DNA of 64,000 nt from a phage, in sequence record OZ335961.1; one strand, given 5' to 3'. Both the position numbers and the translations under genes were made by a program. Positions 39,550 to 49,064 of the stretch are shown here, in pieces. Each line of letters opens with the position of its first letter. Positions within the stretch are counted from its first letter, which is position 1. A model generated the notes under the pieces. It was not told the origin of the DNA, ran no database searches, and worked only from the letters and a program-made list of their open reading frames with translations.

Positions 39550-40125
39550 TTAATTACCACGGGCTGCATTAGCAACGGCGTAAGCGTACTGAACATTAGC
39601 GTCTTTAAACGTACCTTTAGAGGTATCTAGTTCTGCCTTAAAGCCGCCTTTAGTCATAACCTCAGCGAATTCTTTACGGAAAGCCATTGCATCAAGACCT
39701 TTCCATGTCGATTTGTGCTTGGCGAATTCAAGACCAGCGTAGTTGACAGCCTTAGCCAATTTATTGTCAATAACCCATTTACCTGCTTTAGGCACAAACA
39801 CCGGGCCTTTCTGTTTAGAGAACAGTTTTAAATTCCAGCGACGAAGATCACCGTCAGCTTTAACAAAAGCTGCGTCCAAGTTACTAGCAACAACATCTTG
39901 AATATGGCCAAATTTAAGCCCATCAACTTCAATATTTAGATCGGTACGCCAGCGAAGTCCTTCCCAAGCGAAAGCTTTAAAGTCGGAAGCTTTTGTAGCT
40001 AAGTATCGTTCAATAGGGGCTGTTTTAGGGTCAAAACCGTTTCCTCGGTAAGTCCACTCATCTTTATTAATGCCTTTGGCCTTTTCCACAGAAGCTTCAG
40101 CGATAAATTCTTTATACGTTTTCAT
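39550..40125 (-). CDS. ipIII: Internal protein III
   Basis: 191 aa; capsid-targeting sequence MKTYKEFIAEA; basic protein. Confidence 0.75.
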   Translation of the reverse strand: MKTYKEFIAEASVEKAKGINKDEWTYRGNGFDPKTAPIERYLATKASDFKAFAWEGLRWRTDLNIEVDGLKFGHIQDVVASNLDAAFVKADGDLRRWNLKLFSKQKGPVFVPKAGKWVIDNKLAKAVNYAGLEFAKHKSTWKGLDAMAFRKEFAEVMTKGGFKAELDTSKGTFKDANVQYAYAVANAARGN

Positions 40126-40158
40126 GTGTTTCCTTTAAATATTTTAATTAGTAACTGT

Positions 40159-40193
40159 GAATATACTATCACAGTTCTAGAAGAAAGTAAACA
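40159..40193 (-). promoter_or_regulatory. T4-type early promoter upstream of ipIII
   Basis: GTTTACT then 17 nt then TGTGATAGTAT. Confidence 0.5.
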
Positions 40194-40196
40194 ACT

Positions 40197-40727
<531 letters not shown>

Positions 40728-41183
40728 TTAAAAGAGGCTGTTCATTATTCGGTAAAGTGAAGGACCCATCACATATTGCCACTGAGTACGAGGAATAAGA
40801 GCAAAAGCATCCATCTCTGGAATCATAACACCATCTTTATTTTCAAAATAAGATTCGCAATGGCAATTTCTAAACATCTCATGCTCTACTGGAATCGTAT
40901 AATAAAATAACTGCAAGTCTTTATTACTAGAATATTTAAATACACCTAGGTCTTCTAGAAGGTCTGGATTATAATCGATAAAACCAGTCTCTTCTGAGCA
41001 TTCTCTTTTTGCAGCTTCCAGTGCATTCAAATCAGAACTTTCTACACGCCCCTTTGGAATATCCCAGCGATGTGCCATCATTCCAGACTTACGAGAACCA
41101 GTAACTCGTCCCATAAATAAATCTTTATCTTCTGTCATAAAGATAATACCAGCTGATAATGTTTTCATTTTAATTTCCTGCAT
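40728..41183 (-). CDS. nudE: Nudix hydrolase NudE
   Basis: Nudix box GRVESSDLNALEAAKRECSEETG; position next to e. Confidence 0.85.
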   Translation of the reverse strand: MQEIKMKTLSAGIIFMTEDKDLFMGRVTGSRKSGMMAHRWDIPKGRVESSDLNALEAAKRECSEETGFIDYNPDLLEDLGVFKYSSNKDLQLFYYTIPVEHEMFRNCHCESYFENKDGVMIPEMDAFALIPRTQWQYVMGPSLYRIMNSLF

Positions 41184-41653
41184 TCAGTGATAAAGTTATT
41201 TAAATTTTGAGTATATTTCTTTTCATCAAAAATCTTTTGTTGTCTGCGTAGCCGCCATGGCATTTCAATGAACGTGTACCATATCCCAGATAATATTGCT
41301 GCTGTCAAAATATTAACAAGTATGGTTAAAAGAATCCAATCTTCTATTCTGTCCATTGGATTTTTTATGAAAAAGTAAAATACGAATGATGTCACAGGAA
41401 GACTAATAATATACCACAGAATCATAATTTTATCTGTGAACCAATCAGCGTTCGTTAACTTAGCGCGACCATTATGAATACACACGAATTTATCGTCTGT
41501 TATAGTAGATGGCTTAACTGGTTGATATCCCATTCTAAACTCCCTAATCAACAAATTTTTCATATCTTCGGAACAGCCATTCCAATCAACTCTATCAACT
41601 GGAATGCCATCATCCCCATCATCTAAATCATACCAGCGAGTTTTTAAAATCAT
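41165..41653 (-). CDS. Membrane protein
   Basis: 162 aa, two TM helices. Confidence 0.55.
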   Translation of the reverse strand: MILKTRWYDLDDGDDGIPVDRVDWNGCSEDMKNLLIREFRMGYQPVKPSTITDDKFVCIHNGRAKLTNADWFTDKIMILWYIISLPVTSFVFYFFIKNPMDRIEDWILLTILVNILTAAILSGIWYTFIEMPWRLRRQQKIFDEKKYTQNLNNFITECRKLK

Positions 41654-42012
41654 TTAATTTTCCTGCAATCGCTCACGAACTCTTCCATTGATTCTTTTTC
41701 AATATAAGACATGTAGTTGTTATATTCTTTTAATTGTATTTTGTAATCCTTTTTTCTTTGCCAATTTATTTTAAAATTATCATAATGAAAATATAGTATA
41801 GTACCAAAGAATGAAAATAATGAAATCGCTATAGTATAACGAAGTTCGCTCCAAACCTCTGTTATAATTGCTGAACTATCGATGTTTAAAATAATACAGT
41901 CAATCATTAATCCAATAAGACTACCAGCAAGAGCTACAGCCAACGCCACAGCAAAAATTAAAAATGACTCAGAAAAAGAATATTTGACTTTATTTAGTTT
42001 TGGCTTTTGCAT
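41650..42012 (-). CDS. Membrane protein
   Basis: 120 aa, two TM helices; C-terminal CRKIK motif created by embedded SD+ATG of the next gene. Confidence 0.55.
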   Translation of the reverse strand: MQKPKLNKVKYSFSESFLIFAVALAVALAGSLIGLMIDCIILNIDSSAIITEVWSELRYTIAISLFSFFGTILYFHYDNFKINWQRKKDYKIQLKEYNNYMSYIEKESMEEFVSDCRKIK

Positions 42013-42407
42013 CGTGATTCCTTAACAAATTTCATAATTTCATTAAATTCATACATATTTAGTTTAAGCTGGTGTTCCTTTTTAATCTTTTTACACTGAG
42101 CTTTCCATTCACGTACACGTTTACGATAATGCCTTCCTTGATACCAATATCCTACCCAATTTACAGGTACCAATAAAAATGGAACTACTAATGGAAGAAT
42201 TAATACTAACAAAAATATTACGCCAGATTCAATATCAGTCATAACGTCTATAACCATTCCAGCAATCAGCAGAATCACAAATGATACAGCTGTCACAGGA
42301 CCTATTAATACATCAGTAGAAATTAGCTGACGCTTTGGTTCATACTTCACAGGTTTACTTGGAAGGTATAGTGATGGCTTTGACATATTCTCTACATTCC
42401 TTAACAA
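41994..42407 (-). CDS. Membrane protein
   Basis: 137 aa, two TM helices. Confidence 0.55.
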   Translation of the reverse strand: MLRNVENMSKPSLYLPSKPVKYEPKRQLISTDVLIGPVTAVSFVILLIAGMVIDVMTDIESGVIFLLVLILPLVVPFLLVPVNWVGYWYQGRHYRKRVREWKAQCKKIKKEHQLKLNMYEFNEIMKFVKESRCKSQN

Positions 42408-42963
42408 ATTTTTCTAATAATAAATCGCTTTCAAAATTGGGATTTTCTACGAATTTATCAAAAAGATCATCAACAATAGTCAAGATATTCTTTTTGCTAA
42501 GAATACGTTTATTTTCATGCTTTGTTTCAGAATCAACTATAAGAGTAAAGAAATATTTCTTTCCCTGAAATTTTACCGTAGTATCAATATAAAATAAATT
42601 TGACTTTTGTAAATTACGTTTAAACCATGCGTCACTTAAACTATAAACGCCAAGATAATCATAATCGTCATTTAAATAACAAACTGTCCATTCAGGAGAA
42701 ATGAAATCAGTAAATTCAACATCAAAATCACATGTCAATGAATGAATTGATTCAATACTTTTAATGAGTATTCCAGGACGTATTAAAGACTTTTTACCTC
42801 TATAAAATCTTCCAGAAAGACTTTCATCAGTTTCATATGAAGACCCCCAATAGTAATTACGTCCTTCTGCCATGCGTTTAAGAGCATTTAGTAATTGGTC
42901 TGGAACATCAACCTGTCTTTGGAACTCTTCAAACATTGAATTGAAATCACTTTGCATTTTCAT
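42355..42963 (-). CDS. Hypothetical protein
   Basis: 202 aa tiled ORF. Confidence 0.55.
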   Translation of the reverse strand: MKMQSDFNSMFEEFQRQVDVPDQLLNALKRMAEGRNYYWGSSYETDESLSGRFYRGKKSLIRPGILIKSIESIHSLTCDFDVEFTDFISPEWTVCYLNDDYDYLGVYSLSDAWFKRNLQKSNLFYIDTTVKFQGKKYFFTLIVDSETKHENKRILSKKNILTIVDDLFDKFVENPNFESDLLLEKFVKECREYVKAITIPSK

Positions 42964-42983
42964 TCCTATTTACTCCAAGTAAT

Positions 42984-43000
42984 AGGGGCCGAAGCCCCTT
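42984..43000 (-). other. C(UUCG)G tetraloop hairpin (mRNA-sense AGGGGCUUCGGCCCCU)
   Basis: Inverted repeat with UUCG loop in an intercistronic region. Confidence 0.6.
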
Positions 43001-43004
43001 ATCA

Positions 43005-43598
43005 TTATTTCAGAGAATTAATGTATTCCTGAACATCGGCAGAGGTAGTTTCAACCCCAGAAATATTACCGTTAAAGGTTTCAACCCGAGCAAGGGTATC
43101 TTCAATATCAACCTTAGTCAGTGCTGCAATTTCAACTACATCATCGGCAGTACTAATTCCAAGGGCATTTGCTGCACGAGTTTCACGGATATATTCCAAT
43201 TTAACCGCAAGTTCTTGACGAGCATCATCTAACTCAACTACTTTCTTGGCGATTTCAATTCGCATTTCAGCATAACCGTCAGCCTTAGTAGTCAACTGCT
43301 CAGCTGTTCGACGATATAGTAAACCGAGTTTAGCATGCATTGTTACATCTTGACCTTCGGAAAGAAGTTTACGAATTTCACGCTCTTTTGATTCAGCCTG
43401 TCGATTCTTTTCGATAACAAGTTCACGAATACGTTTTTCTTCGTTAATAGATTTAACAGAAGCAGTTTTTAGATCTTTAATTTTATCAAGTAGTTTTGCT
43501 GCTGCAGCAGTATACTGTTCTTCGACAGATAGATTTTTAGCCATAGCAGAACCAAGTTTAGTGCGAATAAACTCAACAATTTTCTTCAGTGTGTTCAT
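43005..43598 (-). CDS. Coiled-coil protein
   Basis: 197 aa, long helical heptad-rich sequence. Confidence 0.55.
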   Translation of the reverse strand: MNTLKKIVEFIRTKLGSAMAKNLSVEEQYTAAAAKLLDKIKDLKTASVKSINEEKRIRELVIEKNRQAESKEREIRKLLSEGQDVTMHAKLGLLYRRTAEQLTTKADGYAEMRIEIAKKVVELDDARQELAVKLEYIRETRAANALGISTADDVVEIAALTKVDIEDTLARVETFNGNISGVETTSADVQEYINSLK

Positions 43599-43702
43599 AG
43601 TATTTCCTTAGGTTGATTAAGATTTAAAATCCGTAAAAGTAGTATTATACTCTATCATCAAGTTACAGGCTCATAATATCTCAATCATGAGCCTATGTAA
43701 AC

Positions 43703-44020
43703 TTATTTCATATTATTGAAATATTCTTCTGCGATTTCGTCGTTATCGTGGTAAACTTTAGAAGACAGTTTAACATAACCTTCAGCAGTGAACATATTAA
43801 TCACAACCTTTACAGTATACCACTGTCCGTCTTCATTACCCATTACTGCGTAAGTTTCAAACATCGGATGGTCAGGACCGATAACTTTAATATCATTCAC
43901 TGTACGACCAAAATCTTCTGAAACGCATTTCATAAAGAAGTTGAACAGTTCGCCGTAATTATCCATTTCATTCTCCAAGTTGTTTTTCTGTATCAGTAGT
44001 TGATAGTTGTATAGTACCAT
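43703..44020 (-). CDS. Hypothetical protein
   Basis: 105 aa; early promoter copy upstream. Confidence 0.5.
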   Translation of the reverse strand: MVLYNYQLLIQKNNLENEMDNYGELFNFFMKCVSEDFGRTVNDIKVIGPDHPMFETYAVMGNEDGQWYTVKVVINMFTAEGYVKLSSKVYHDNDEIAEEYFNNMK

Positions 44021-44041
44021 GGAAGAACAGGGATGTAAACA
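44008..44041 (-). promoter_or_regulatory. T4-type early promoter
   Basis: Conserved GTTTACA / TGGTACTAT / ACAACTATCAACT element. Confidence 0.55.
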
Positions 44042-44172
44042 GTTTTGTGAAAAAATTTTTAAAAAGTTTTAGGGAATTCTAGGGCAGGGAGGGGTAATTA
44101 AAGGATAGGATAATATATTATAAAGGGTAGAAACTAAATGATGCCTAGAGAGGTCCAGAAAGGTCTAGATAC

Positions 44173-44199
44173 CAAAAAGCCCTATCATTTAGATAGGGA
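44173..44199 (-). terminator. Intrinsic terminator
   Basis: Hairpin CCCTATC..GATAGGG followed by U-run in mRNA sense. Confidence 0.55.
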
Positions 44200-44206
44200 T
44201 TTAAAA

Positions 44207-44770
44207 TTATTTACCTAGTTTAGTTATTATAGCTTCGGCAGCAGCTTTTAGCTTAGATGCGGTGTTAATACGATTTTTAATTTCAGTATACGCATCGCCA
44301 AGAACATCAAGGCTATCAGAATAAACACTTACACTATTGCGTTCGCTATTTGAAATAGAACCTTTAGTTTTACGATCAAAATCGGTGTACACGTCTTGAA
44401 GATCACGGGCTGCCTTCTTTGCATCATCCAATGCGTCAAGAGCTTTATTTAAAGCATTAACATATTTTTTAGTGTCAAACATATTCTTAGAAATTTTAAC
44501 AGGTGCACGTTCAGGAGTAGCTAATGCAGATTTAGGAACCTGAGCGCCAGATGCCAGTTTCTTAGAAATTTTGAAAAATGCTTTATTGAATTTATTTTCT
44601 TGACTCATCGTAAAAGAACTATTATCGATGTTGTACATTTCAATAGCTTTAGCTTTCCACTTAAGAAAATCGCCGCGGTCTTTTGGGTCTAATTGGAAGA
44701 ATACTTTAGTAAGATCTGCTTCAGATGGTAATTTTGCTGCTTCGGTTAAAAATTCGGCATAGGTTTTCAT
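44207..44770 (-). CDS. Internal-protein-like protein with capsid-targeting sequence
   Basis: 187 aa; N-term MKTYAEFLTEA matches the IP capsid-targeting consensus. Confidence 0.6.
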   Translation of the reverse strand: MKTYAEFLTEAAKLPSEADLTKVFFQLDPKDRGDFLKWKAKAIEMYNIDNSSFTMSQENKFNKAFFKISKKLASGAQVPKSALATPERAPVKISKNMFDTKKYVNALNKALDALDDAKKAARDLQDVYTDFDRKTKGSISNSERNSVSVYSDSLDVLGDAYTEIKNRINTASKLKAAAEAIITKLGK

Positions 44771-44860
44771 TTAAAATCCTTGAAATAATTTATCGGTTGG
44801 TTATTAATTATTTATTACTTTGTTATTATCCGTAACAGCATTCTATATGTGATTCAAACT

Positions 44861-44889
44861 AAAAAGCCCCAACCTTTTGGTCGGGGCTA
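44861..44889 (-). terminator. Intrinsic terminator
   Basis: Hairpin GCCCCGACC..GGTTGGGGC plus U-run (mRNA sense). Confidence 0.6.
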
Positions 44890-44895
44890 AGAATG

Positions 44896-45369
44896 TTATT
44901 TGATTTGTTTAGCAGACCAAATGCGGTCTTTAATAATTTTTTGGATGTCTTCAACATACTCAAGAGAGTGAACATGTGGATTATCTTTGAAACTATAAGC
45001 ACGGGCTAACTTTTGGCCTTCGGTTTTGATTACTAAAAGCTCTTTAAGGATAGCTTCATATTTAGCGATAATTCCTTTAACGATATTTTTTTCTTGTGCA
45101 GCTTTAGGATCTGCTTTAGGAGCAGGTTTACCCGAAGCCTTTGCAAAAGCAGCGCCAGTAGCAACTAGACTTTTCCAGGCCATACTAACTGCATTTCCCG
45201 TAAATCCTTCTGCTTTCATGTCGCGAGCAAATTGGAATCGTGATTCGTCAGAAGCATCTTTATAGGAATATTTACCCGCTGCAATGGCTGCTTTTGCGAC
45301 AGCTTGAATTTCGGTGCTAGATGCTTCATTTAACACCGCTTCATTTAAAAATTGAGCATATGATTTCAT
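44896..45369 (-). CDS. Internal-protein-like protein with capsid-targeting sequence
   Basis: 157 aa; N-term MKSYAQFLNEA; TATAAATA late promoter upstream. Confidence 0.6.
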   Translation of the reverse strand: MKSYAQFLNEAVLNEASSTEIQAVAKAAIAAGKYSYKDASDESRFQFARDMKAEGFTGNAVSMAWKSLVATGAAFAKASGKPAPKADPKAAQEKNIVKGIIAKYEAILKELLVIKTEGQKLARAYSFKDNPHVHSLEYVEDIQKIIKDRIWSAKQIK

Positions 45370-45409
45370 CTTATTTCCTGTTTTAATTCGTGGATTTAAT
45401 ATACTACTG

Positions 45410-45417
45410 TATTTATA
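45410..45417 (-). promoter_or_regulatory. Late promoter TATAAATA
   Basis: Minus-strand TATAAATA about 40 nt upstream of the 45369 ATG. Confidence 0.5.
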
Positions 45418-45420
45418 CTA

Positions 45421-45447
45421 AAAAGCCCCAACCTTTCGGCTGGGGCT
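45421..45447 (-). terminator. Intrinsic terminator at the end of the tRNA/stable RNA transcription unit
   Basis: Hairpin AGCCCCAGCC-GAAA-GGTTGGGGCT plus U-run (mRNA sense). Confidence 0.6.
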
Positions 45448-45763
45448 AAGCCTTGCGGCAACCTTGTCGGGGTTCCACCTGCTAAGGCAAGTGTTTGTAC
45501 GAAACGCCGGGATTCGAACCCGGTTATTAAGCAGTTGACGCTACTCAATATTTTTAAAAGGCCATATCTCGACCATATCCGAACGTTCCGTCAAAAACGC
45601 TACTCGGCTTACGGCAAAGATATTTCCTCGAATCGATAATTCTGTGCGCCGTTTCAGCTGTGATGTAAGGGGGCATTAACAGATCGTAAAGATTTGTTAA
45701 TGCCAGTCCTTACCCAGGGAACATCAGTCCGACGACTTACCGGTAGCGACCCGGTTTCTTGTT
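45448..45763 (-). ncRNA. Structured small stable RNA region downstream of tRNA-Arg (analogous to T4 species 1/2 RNAs)
   Basis: No ORF; T-arm-like CCGGGUUCGAAUCCCGG at about 45507-45523; nested 9-bp stem GGCATTAAC..GTTAATGCC. Confidence 0.35.
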
Positions 45764-45839
45764 TGGTCGAGGCAGTAGGGATCGAACCTACGACCTAGGA
45801 CTTAGAAGGTCCTTGCTCTTCCTTCTGAGCTATGCCTCG
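45764..45839 (-). tRNA. tRNA-Arg (anticodon UCU)
   Basis: Manual cloverleaf: 7-bp acceptor CGAGGCA/TGCCTCG, T-loop TTCGATC, anticodon loop CUUCUAA, CCA encoded. Confidence 0.8.
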
Positions 45840-45843
45840 TATT

Positions 45844-45918
45844 TGGCGGACATGCATGGATTCGAACCATGGACCAATTGATTAACAGTCAACTGCTCTA
45901 CCACTGAGCTACACATCC
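45844..45918 (-). tRNA. tRNA-Asn (anticodon GUU)
   Basis: Manual cloverleaf: D-arm GCTCAGTGGTAGAGC, anticodon loop CUGUUAA, T-loop TTCGAAT, CCA encoded. Confidence 0.75.
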
Positions 45919-45922
45919 AAAT

Positions 45923-46009
45923 TGGTGGGGAGTGGTGGAGTCGAACCACCCGAGTCGCAATGACAATGGATTTACAGTCCACACCGCTACCTCTACGGGA
46001 TAACTCCCC
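45923..46009 (-). tRNA. tRNA-Tyr (anticodon GUA), long variable arm
   Basis: Manual cloverleaf: acceptor GGGGAGT/ACTCCCC, anticodon loop CUGUAAA, 15-nt extra arm, CCA encoded. Confidence 0.7.
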
Positions 46010-46018
46010 AAATTAATT

Positions 46019-46093
46019 TGGTGGCCCTGGGTGGAATTGAACCACCGTCTGGCGATTATGAGTCGCTTGCTTGAACCTTCCAGCTACAGGGCC
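46019..46093 (-). tRNA. tRNA with anticodon CAU (Ile or Met)
   Basis: Manual cloverleaf: acceptor GGCCCTG/CAGGGCC, anticodon loop CUCAUAA, CCA encoded. Confidence 0.7.
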
Positions 46094-46094
46094 T

Positions 46095-46170
46095 TGGTGC
46101 TGATTGACGGAATCGAACCGCCGACCTTCTCATTACAAGTGAGTTGCTCTACCTACTGAGCTAAATCAGC
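46095..46170 (-). tRNA. tRNA-Thr (anticodon UGU)
   Basis: Manual cloverleaf: D-arm GCTCAGTAGGTAGAGC, anticodon loop CUUGUAA, CCA encoded. Confidence 0.8.
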
Positions 46171-46175
46171 AAAAC

Positions 46176-46265
46176 TGGCGGAGGCGATAGGATTTGAACC
46201 TATGAGTCGCCGGAGCGACTGCCGGTTTTCAAGACCGGTGCATTAAACCACTCTGCCACGCCTCC
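46176..46265 (-). tRNA. tRNA-Ser (anticodon UGA), long variable arm
   Basis: Manual cloverleaf: acceptor GGAGGCG, anticodon loop CUUGAAA, T-loop TTCAAAT, CCA encoded. Confidence 0.8.
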
Positions 46266-46271
46266 AAATAT

Positions 46272-46880
46272 TTATATATTGTTAATTTGATTTAGAATTC
46301 TTTTTGCTTGAGTATGACTTACGCCAATATGCTTAGCATATTTAGATAATTCACCGCGCTTAGAAAAATCATATAATTTAGAAATTTCTATTCTTCTTTT
46401 TCTTTCATCCGCAGAAACTTTTGCTTCGTTCGCTTTTGCTATTTTACGTTTAGCTTCTTGAGAATGAGTTTTACCAGCAAAGCCATTCTTCATTAATCCA
46501 TTTGAAGACCATCCTTTTAATTTTCCGTTAGAATGTGCCTTTTTAACACCCAATGAAATTAATTCGCGTTGCTGATCTGTCATAGGATAATTATTTATAT
46601 GATCCCATCCACCTTCACCGCCAAGTTTTAAATTATACACATCTGGTCTATTTAAAAACTCTTCTGTAACAATATTTTTCTCGGCTTCAAGCATAGATTC
46701 TTTATCATCAAAATACTCTAATATTTCTTTAGAGAAATTTTCTATACCATACTTATCTTGGGCTCGTTTTAATAATTTACCAGAACCCATATATCCATCA
46801 TCTAAATTTTCGGTAGAATGCACACCAATATAAATTTTATTATTAATTTTATTTGTTATTTTATAAAGATAAAAATGCAT
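46272..46880 (-). CDS. GIY-YIG homing endonuclease (Seg-like) inside the tRNA cluster
   Basis: Motifs FYLYKITN..KIYIGV; ATG 46880 with SD AGGGA; ORF-track start 46922 would abut tRNA-Gly. Confidence 0.8.
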   Translation of the reverse strand: MHFYLYKITNKINNKIYIGVHSTENLDDGYMGSGKLLKRAQDKYGIENFSKEILEYFDDKESMLEAEKNIVTEEFLNRPDVYNLKLGGEGGWDHINNYPMTDQQRELISLGVKKAHSNGKLKGWSSNGLMKNGFAGKTHSQEAKRKIAKANEAKVSADERKRRIEISKLYDFSKRGELSKYAKHIGVSHTQAKRILNQINNI

Positions 46881-46926
46881 ATCAGTCCCTAATAAAGAAC
46901 TGAGCGTCTCACGACGAGTCATAAAT

Positions 46927-47000
<74 letters not shown>

Positions 47001-47005
47001 AAATT

Positions 47006-47092
47006 TGGTGCGAGAAGTGGGACTCGAACCCACAAGGAAATCATTCCGCAGCATTTTAAGTGCTGTGCCTTTACCAATTTGACCATTCTCGC
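47006..47092 (-). tRNA. tRNA-Leu (anticodon UAA), long variable arm
   Basis: Manual cloverleaf: acceptor GCGAGAA/TTCTCGC, anticodon loop CUUAAAA, CCA encoded. Confidence 0.8.
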
Positions 47093-47093
47093 G

Positions 47094-47166
47094 CTGGGAA
47101 TAAAGGACTCGAACCTTTGCATCCTGGAATCAAAATCCAGTGCCTTACCAACTTGGCTAATTCCCA
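47094..47166 (-). tRNA. tRNA-Gln (anticodon UUG), CCA not encoded
   Basis: Manual cloverleaf: acceptor TGGGAAT/ATTCCCA, D-arm GCCAAGTTGGTAAGGC, anticodon loop UUUUGAU. Confidence 0.75.
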
Positions 47167-47252
47167 ATTATTAACAAAGGCTCTCAAACAAGAACCCTTG
47201 ATGATAGAGGGTATTAATCAGTGCGATATAAGTTAATAATAACAAATATTTC

Positions 47253-47768
47253 TTAAAGCAAATTAAACATTTTAACGGTCGGTAAAACAATTTCTTCTTC
47301 GATATAAGCAAATTCTACATGTTCAACTACACGCAAGAAATCATATTCATAATATTCAGAAGCATGACCAAGAATATCAATGAGGCCTTCAGATATCTTA
47401 TTACCATTCACAAAGAATAAGTCAAATACGCGTTCTTCATCTTCTTCGGATTTATTACCAAGTTCAACTTCTATATCAAAGACCTTTTTAATGAATTCTG
47501 GATAAAGTTGGTCTGAGAACAGTCCTTCAACCAAATATTCATATATAAAAAGCTCTTGCTCGCTGAATAAACCATTACCACAATAACGGTCAGCTTTGGT
47601 GCTAGAATGACGGCTCTTAAACTTCTTCAAAAGATATTTAAATTGTTGGAGCTCATGCTCTTCTACGCCAAACAGTGTTTTAGTTTTATAGTTGTCACCA
47701 TCATTTTCATAGGTAGTGACATCAATTACGTAACCCTTAGGAATTGTGCTGCCTAAACGAATATACAT
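47253..47768 (-). CDS. Hypothetical acidic protein
   Basis: 171 aa tiled ORF upstream of the tRNA cluster. Confidence 0.55.
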   Translation of the reverse strand: MYIRLGSTIPKGYVIDVTTYENDGDNYKTKTLFGVEEHELQQFKYLLKKFKSRHSSTKADRYCGNGLFSEQELFIYEYLVEGLFSDQLYPEFIKKVFDIEVELGNKSEEDEERVFDLFFVNGNKISEGLIDILGHASEYYEYDFLRVVEHVEFAYIEEEIVLPTVKMFNLL

Positions 47769-48064
47769 TTGCTCACCATATTAATGTAAGTATATTTAAT
47801 ACATTCAAGACCCAAAGGATTCTTGAAAATATCATATTCAAGAGGACCTTTTTCTGTTTCAATAAAGAAATCAAAATTTACTGTATTAAATTTACGGTCT
47901 TCCTTTACTAATTTAACCTGTGAAGACGAACGGTCAATGTAAACCTTTTCAACTTCAAAACACGTTAAAATGCCATAATCATCAATCAAGGCTTTAGCTG
48001 CTTCTTGATCATATTTATATCCATTTTCAATGGATGATACTTTAGCATAAAGAATCATTATCAA
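47753..48064 (-). CDS. Hypothetical protein
   Basis: 103 aa tiled ORF. Confidence 0.5.
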   Translation of the reverse strand: MIMILYAKVSSIENGYKYDQEAAKALIDDYGILTCFEVEKVYIDRSSSQVKLVKEDRKFNTVNFDFFIETEKGPLEYDIFKNPLGLECIKYTYINMVSKCIFV

Positions 48065-48480
48065 CCTTCATCAACAATAGTATGCGTATTGGCATTAACT
48101 ATTTGCCACCAATCAAAGCGATTAGAACCATACATCGGTTTGTTTTCATTTTCTTTGATAATATCACGGAGTTCATCTTCGGTGGCGGCTTTCGCGATTA
48201 AATCAGCATATCCACCGCGAGGATAATAATTATCACCTGCAAAAAGTAAAAAGTTTGGTTTAATGTTATTGAACTCTTCAAGAGTAATAACTTTTCCTGA
48301 CGGTTGAACAATCTCTACATATTTATATCCCAATTTTTGAGCCGCATCTACTGCTTCAAGCAAAGTATCATGAGCCCATCCAATTTGACAACCTGGCTTT
48401 TCAGATGGATTAGCCTGATAATCCGCATACACTTTATACATTCTATTCACCTTTAGAAATTTTATCCATAACAATAGCAA
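48061..48480 (-). CDS. Hypothetical protein
   Basis: 139 aa; likely start MYKVYADYQ. Confidence 0.5.
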   Translation of the reverse strand: MLLLWIKFLKVNRMYKVYADYQANPSEKPGCQIGWAHDTLLEAVDAAQKLGYKYVEIVQPSGKVITLEEFNNIKPNFLLFAGDNYYPRGGYADLIAKAATEDELRDIIKENENKPMYGSNRFDWWQIVNANTHTIVDEG

Positions 48481-48628
48481 TTAAACCAATTAAAAATGCT
48501 ACTACAAGTGAAAACACATTTTCTGCTGTAGTCAATAATCCGCATATAAATCCAACAAACATTGAAAAACTAAAAGCGGAAGCAGAAATTGCAATAGCAA
48601 CATTTCGAATTAATTCACAACGTTTCAT
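48443..48628 (-). CDS. Small membrane protein
   Basis: 61 aa, two hydrophobic helices, SD GAGGAG. Confidence 0.5.
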   Translation of the reverse strand: MKRCELIRNVAIAISASAFSFSMFVGFICGLLTTAENVFSLVVAFLIGLIAIVMDKISKGE

Positions 48629-48654
48629 TTTATTCTCCTCGGTAGTTGATAGGG

Positions 48655-48687
48655 TAATAGTATCACAACTAAAACCCTATGTAAACA
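48655..48687 (-). promoter_or_regulatory. T4-type early promoter
   Basis: GTTTACA then 17 nt then TGTGATACTAT. Confidence 0.55.
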
Positions 48688-48704
48688 ACTTTGTGAAATA
48701 TTTA

Positions 48705-48992
48705 TTACAAAAGATTTTTAGCAATAATCTTGAGATGTGCCGCAGAAATGTGTTTAGCTTTAAACAACGCAGTTTCTTCAGCAGGAGAGATAATGATTGT
48801 AGCACCATCCTTTTTAGCAGACCACCCATCACCTAGATAAACAGTACCTTTGATTTCTTCGCCATCAACCAGACTAATCATTGGTTTACCTTCTCGTCCT
48901 TTATTTGCTTTAATAACTTCAGAAGTAAGAGTAGCTTCGGTAATAGTAGAAACTGGGGTAATTGTAGAAGTAAATTCTTTAAATGTTTTCAT
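48705..48992 (-). CDS. Internal protein (ipI-locus member)
   Basis: 95 aa; capsid-targeting sequence MKTFKEFTS; own early promoter. Confidence 0.7.
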   Translation of the reverse strand: MKTFKEFTSTITPVSTITEATLTSEVIKANKGREGKPMISLVDGEEIKGTVYLGDGWSAKKDGATIIISPAEETALFKAKHISAAHLKIIAKNLL

Positions 48993-49018
48993 TTTATTTT
49001 CCTAATTAATTTTGATGA

Positions 49019-49053
49019 GATAATGGTATCACAACTAAAACCCTATGTAAACA
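49019..49053 (-). promoter_or_regulatory. T4-type early promoter upstream of the 48705-48992 internal protein gene
   Basis: GTTTACA then 17 nt then TGTGATACCAT; near-duplicate of the 49349-49383 element. Confidence 0.55.
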
Positions 49054-49064
49054 ACTTTGTGAAA

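Noticed and set aside
43005-43598. PspA/IM30-like protein
   Set aside because: Resemblance is limited to coiled-coil composition; no convincing motif match.
45495-45600. Possible tenth tRNA around the T-arm-like motif at 45507-45523
   Set aside because: Only the T-arm and an imperfect acceptor pairing could be drawn; no D-arm or anticodon arm folds, so it is treated as part of the structured RNA region.
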